From a virus (taxonomy: Duplodnaviria > Caudoviricetes): DNA of 26,558 bases. Shown here piece by piece: positions 24,901 through 26,558 of the stretch (position 1 is its first letter; each line of letters starts with the position of its first letter). The notes beneath the pieces are model-generated. The model saw only the letters and a list, made by a program, of their open reading frames with translations, did not search any database and was not told the DNA's origin. A program made the position numbers and the translations under genes. The stretch covers positions 1 to 26,558 of the IMG/VR virus record IMGVR_UViG_3300025164_000674. One strand, given 5' to 3'.

Positions 24901-26286
24901 TTATTCCTCCTGTGAACCCTCAACGGTCGGGGGCGGTTCCCCCGGTACGATTATACCCCCGTTCTTATCCTGCTCCTTCCCTTCCTTACGGTCTTCCACT
25001 TTGAATACCCGGCGTAACTCCTTCCCGTCGGCGGTGCTAAACTCATCCACCCCAGGTACCGGCCAATCCCGCCAGTCGTCCGCGCGCTCGGGGAACGGCA
25101 CGAATCGGAACCCAATTTCCCCTAGGTCCCCGTTGTCCCGGAACCGGAGTTGCAGGATCGTTCCCCCGACGTGGGGGGTCAATCCCAACCGTTTCGCAAG
25201 GTTCGTCTTACCTTGAAACGCCCCGCAGTGGAGTCCGTAAAAGGGCGGTTCTGGGACAAAGATAGCAATGTGGACGTGCCCAGCGGCCAGGATAGACGAA
25301 ACGACCCCGCCTTGCTCTTGTTCCAAAAGGATCTTCCCGAGAGCCTCGAACGCTTGTTGCTCCATGGCTTTCTGCATATGGTACGACTTCGCGTAGGCGA
25401 TCGACTTCTTCGGGTGCCACAGCCGGAGGTGGACTCGGTCGGTTAATGGGATGCTCCAAACGTCGTACCCTCCGTAAACCGCGTCCTCCCTGAGGTTGCA
25501 GAACATCCGGATCGGGTCCATCCCGGTGGATACGACGTGCGCCCAGTCGTGGTTCCCCCCCATAACGTAGTACTGTACCCCGGCGACGTGGGGGAGACAA
25601 TCAACCGCGATCCGTACTTGCATGGTGGTAGACTTCCACGCTGTATCCCGGGAAAACGGGCGGGTACTGGGGATAAGGTCCTCTGCCTGCCCCCGGTAAA
25701 CGTTCACCCCGGTCGTGAGGTCCCCCGGTTGGAAGAACTTGGTAACCCCGAACCGCTCGTTGGCATACTTTACGAACGAGGCTACGGCGGTTGGTTGACT
25801 GTACCGGTCCCCGTAGTGTGGGTCGGAGACAAAAGCAACATTGAACTCTTCCCCCAACTCCGAGGCCAAGTCTATTACCGGTTGTACAACCCTGGGTCGG
25901 GACGAGACGTCTACGGTAATACGGTCCCCGGCGGTTGCCACAAGGTACCCAGCAGCGTCCATCTCCCCCAGAAGGCGGGATACGGTAGCCGGGGATCGGT
26001 CGAACTTGTTACACAATGCGACAACGGAACGGGGGGTGTCCTTGAGGAACTCGAACAACTGCTGGAAAGACGGGTCGGTAACCGCAGCGAGCGGTGCGTC
26101 AAGGGAGGGAAACGCCGGGACGGTCGTACTCAGACTACCGTACTTCACACGACACGCGTCCGCCGACCGGCGCCCCAAAAAACTTGCTTGCGCGACTTGA
26201 GACCAAGTTACGTACCCAAGACGGACCCTCTCTCCCTCGTAGTTTAAAATCTGTATCTCTTTCTCGGACCAAGCGGCGTTGTTCAC
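24901..26286 (-). CDS. Calcineurin-like metallophosphoesterase with N-terminal Myb-like and winged-HTH domains
   Basis: SDPHYG, PGDL, GNHD, LWHP and AGHVH motifs; WSEKE...WSQVA...RSADACRVKY; LCNKFDRSPATVSRLL; AGGAGG RBS. Confidence 0.9.
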   Translation of the reverse strand: MNNAAWSEKEIQILNYEGERVRLGYVTWSQVAQASFLGRRSADACRVKYGSLSTTVPAFPSLDAPLAAVTDPSFQQLFEFLKDTPRSVVALCNKFDRSPATVSRLLGEMDAAGYLVATAGDRITVDVSSRPRVVQPVIDLASELGEEFNVAFVSDPHYGDRYSQPTAVASFVKYANERFGVTKFFQPGDLTTGVNVYRGQAEDLIPSTRPFSRDTAWKSTTMQVRIAVDCLPHVAGVQYYVMGGNHDWAHVVSTGMDPIRMFCNLREDAVYGGYDVWSIPLTDRVHLRLWHPKKSIAYAKSYHMQKAMEQQAFEALGKILLEQEQGGVVSSILAAGHVHIAIFVPEPPFYGLHCGAFQGKTNLAKRLGLTPHVGGTILQLRFRDNGDLGEIGFRFVPFPERADDWRDWPVPGVDEFSTADGKELRRVFKVEDRKEGKEQDKNGGIIVPGEPPPTVEGSQEE

Positions 26287-26312
26287 CGTTTCCTCCTGGG
26301 TAAGGTATTCCT

Positions 26313-26318
26313 ATTATA
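26313..26318 (-). promoter_or_regulatory. -10 box (TATAAT) upstream of the phosphoesterase
   Basis: GTATAATAGGA on the - strand, about 25 nt before the start codon. Confidence 0.55.
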
Positions 26319-26477
26319 CTACGAAACCCGCCCCGCTATTCACTGCATTACACGGGAACACGTCTAAACAACCGCCGGGTAGCGCCTTTCGGAGGTACCG
26401 CCCGATTGCCCTAGGGAACCGCACCTTCGTTTATTGGCTTCTTTTCGGCGGTGGCTCCCCCTCCTATTCTTGATCCT

Positions 26478-26486
26478 ATTATACCA
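26478..26486 (-). promoter_or_regulatory. Second extended -10 (TGG-TATAAT) on the - strand
   Basis: Same GTATAATAGGA context as the site at 26313. Confidence 0.5.
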
Positions 26487-26558
26487 CAGATATTACCATA
26501 AATATTACAGATTAGCCGGTCCGGGAGCCTTTTACTTTAGGAGTACCGGTACTATCCC

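Noticed and set aside
24951-24956. TATAAT on the - strand ahead of the membrane protein gene
   Set aside because: Lies inside the phosphoesterase coding sequence with no TGn or clear -35; may be chance.

Overview
GC-rich tailed-phage or prophage morphogenesis region, probably siphovirus-like, from a bacterial host (TATAAT promoters, GGAGG ribosome-binding sites). On the + strand: a repeat array, small and large terminase, a portal with a long C-terminal extension, a MuF-type head protein, protease/scaffold, cement and major capsid proteins, head-tail adaptor, a free-standing GIY-YIG endonuclease, two glycosyltransferase-like genes plus a methyltransferase, neck and tail genes with a -1 frameshift chaperone, tape measure and tail-tip proteins. 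A convergent - strand pair encodes a membrane protein and a Myb/wHTH-metallophosphoesterase. Three things stand out. (1) A peptide tag, (D/E)xF-YSEDQxRDExG(K/R)WTxGGGG, recurs five times in four head proteins, and in most cases it precedes a distinct cargo segment, including two R-S-E ADP-ribosyltransferases. This looks like a swappable virion-delivered effector cassette system. (2) The glycosyltransferase gene next to the homing endonuclease is interrupted by two 11-nt hairpin inserts that contain stop codons; the first has T4 gene 60-like bypass architecture (TCC-TGA-...-TCC). (3) Outer virion proteins are enriched in a small-small-Cys motif that may be a modification site. All family assignments come from motif recognition by eye; no database searches were run.
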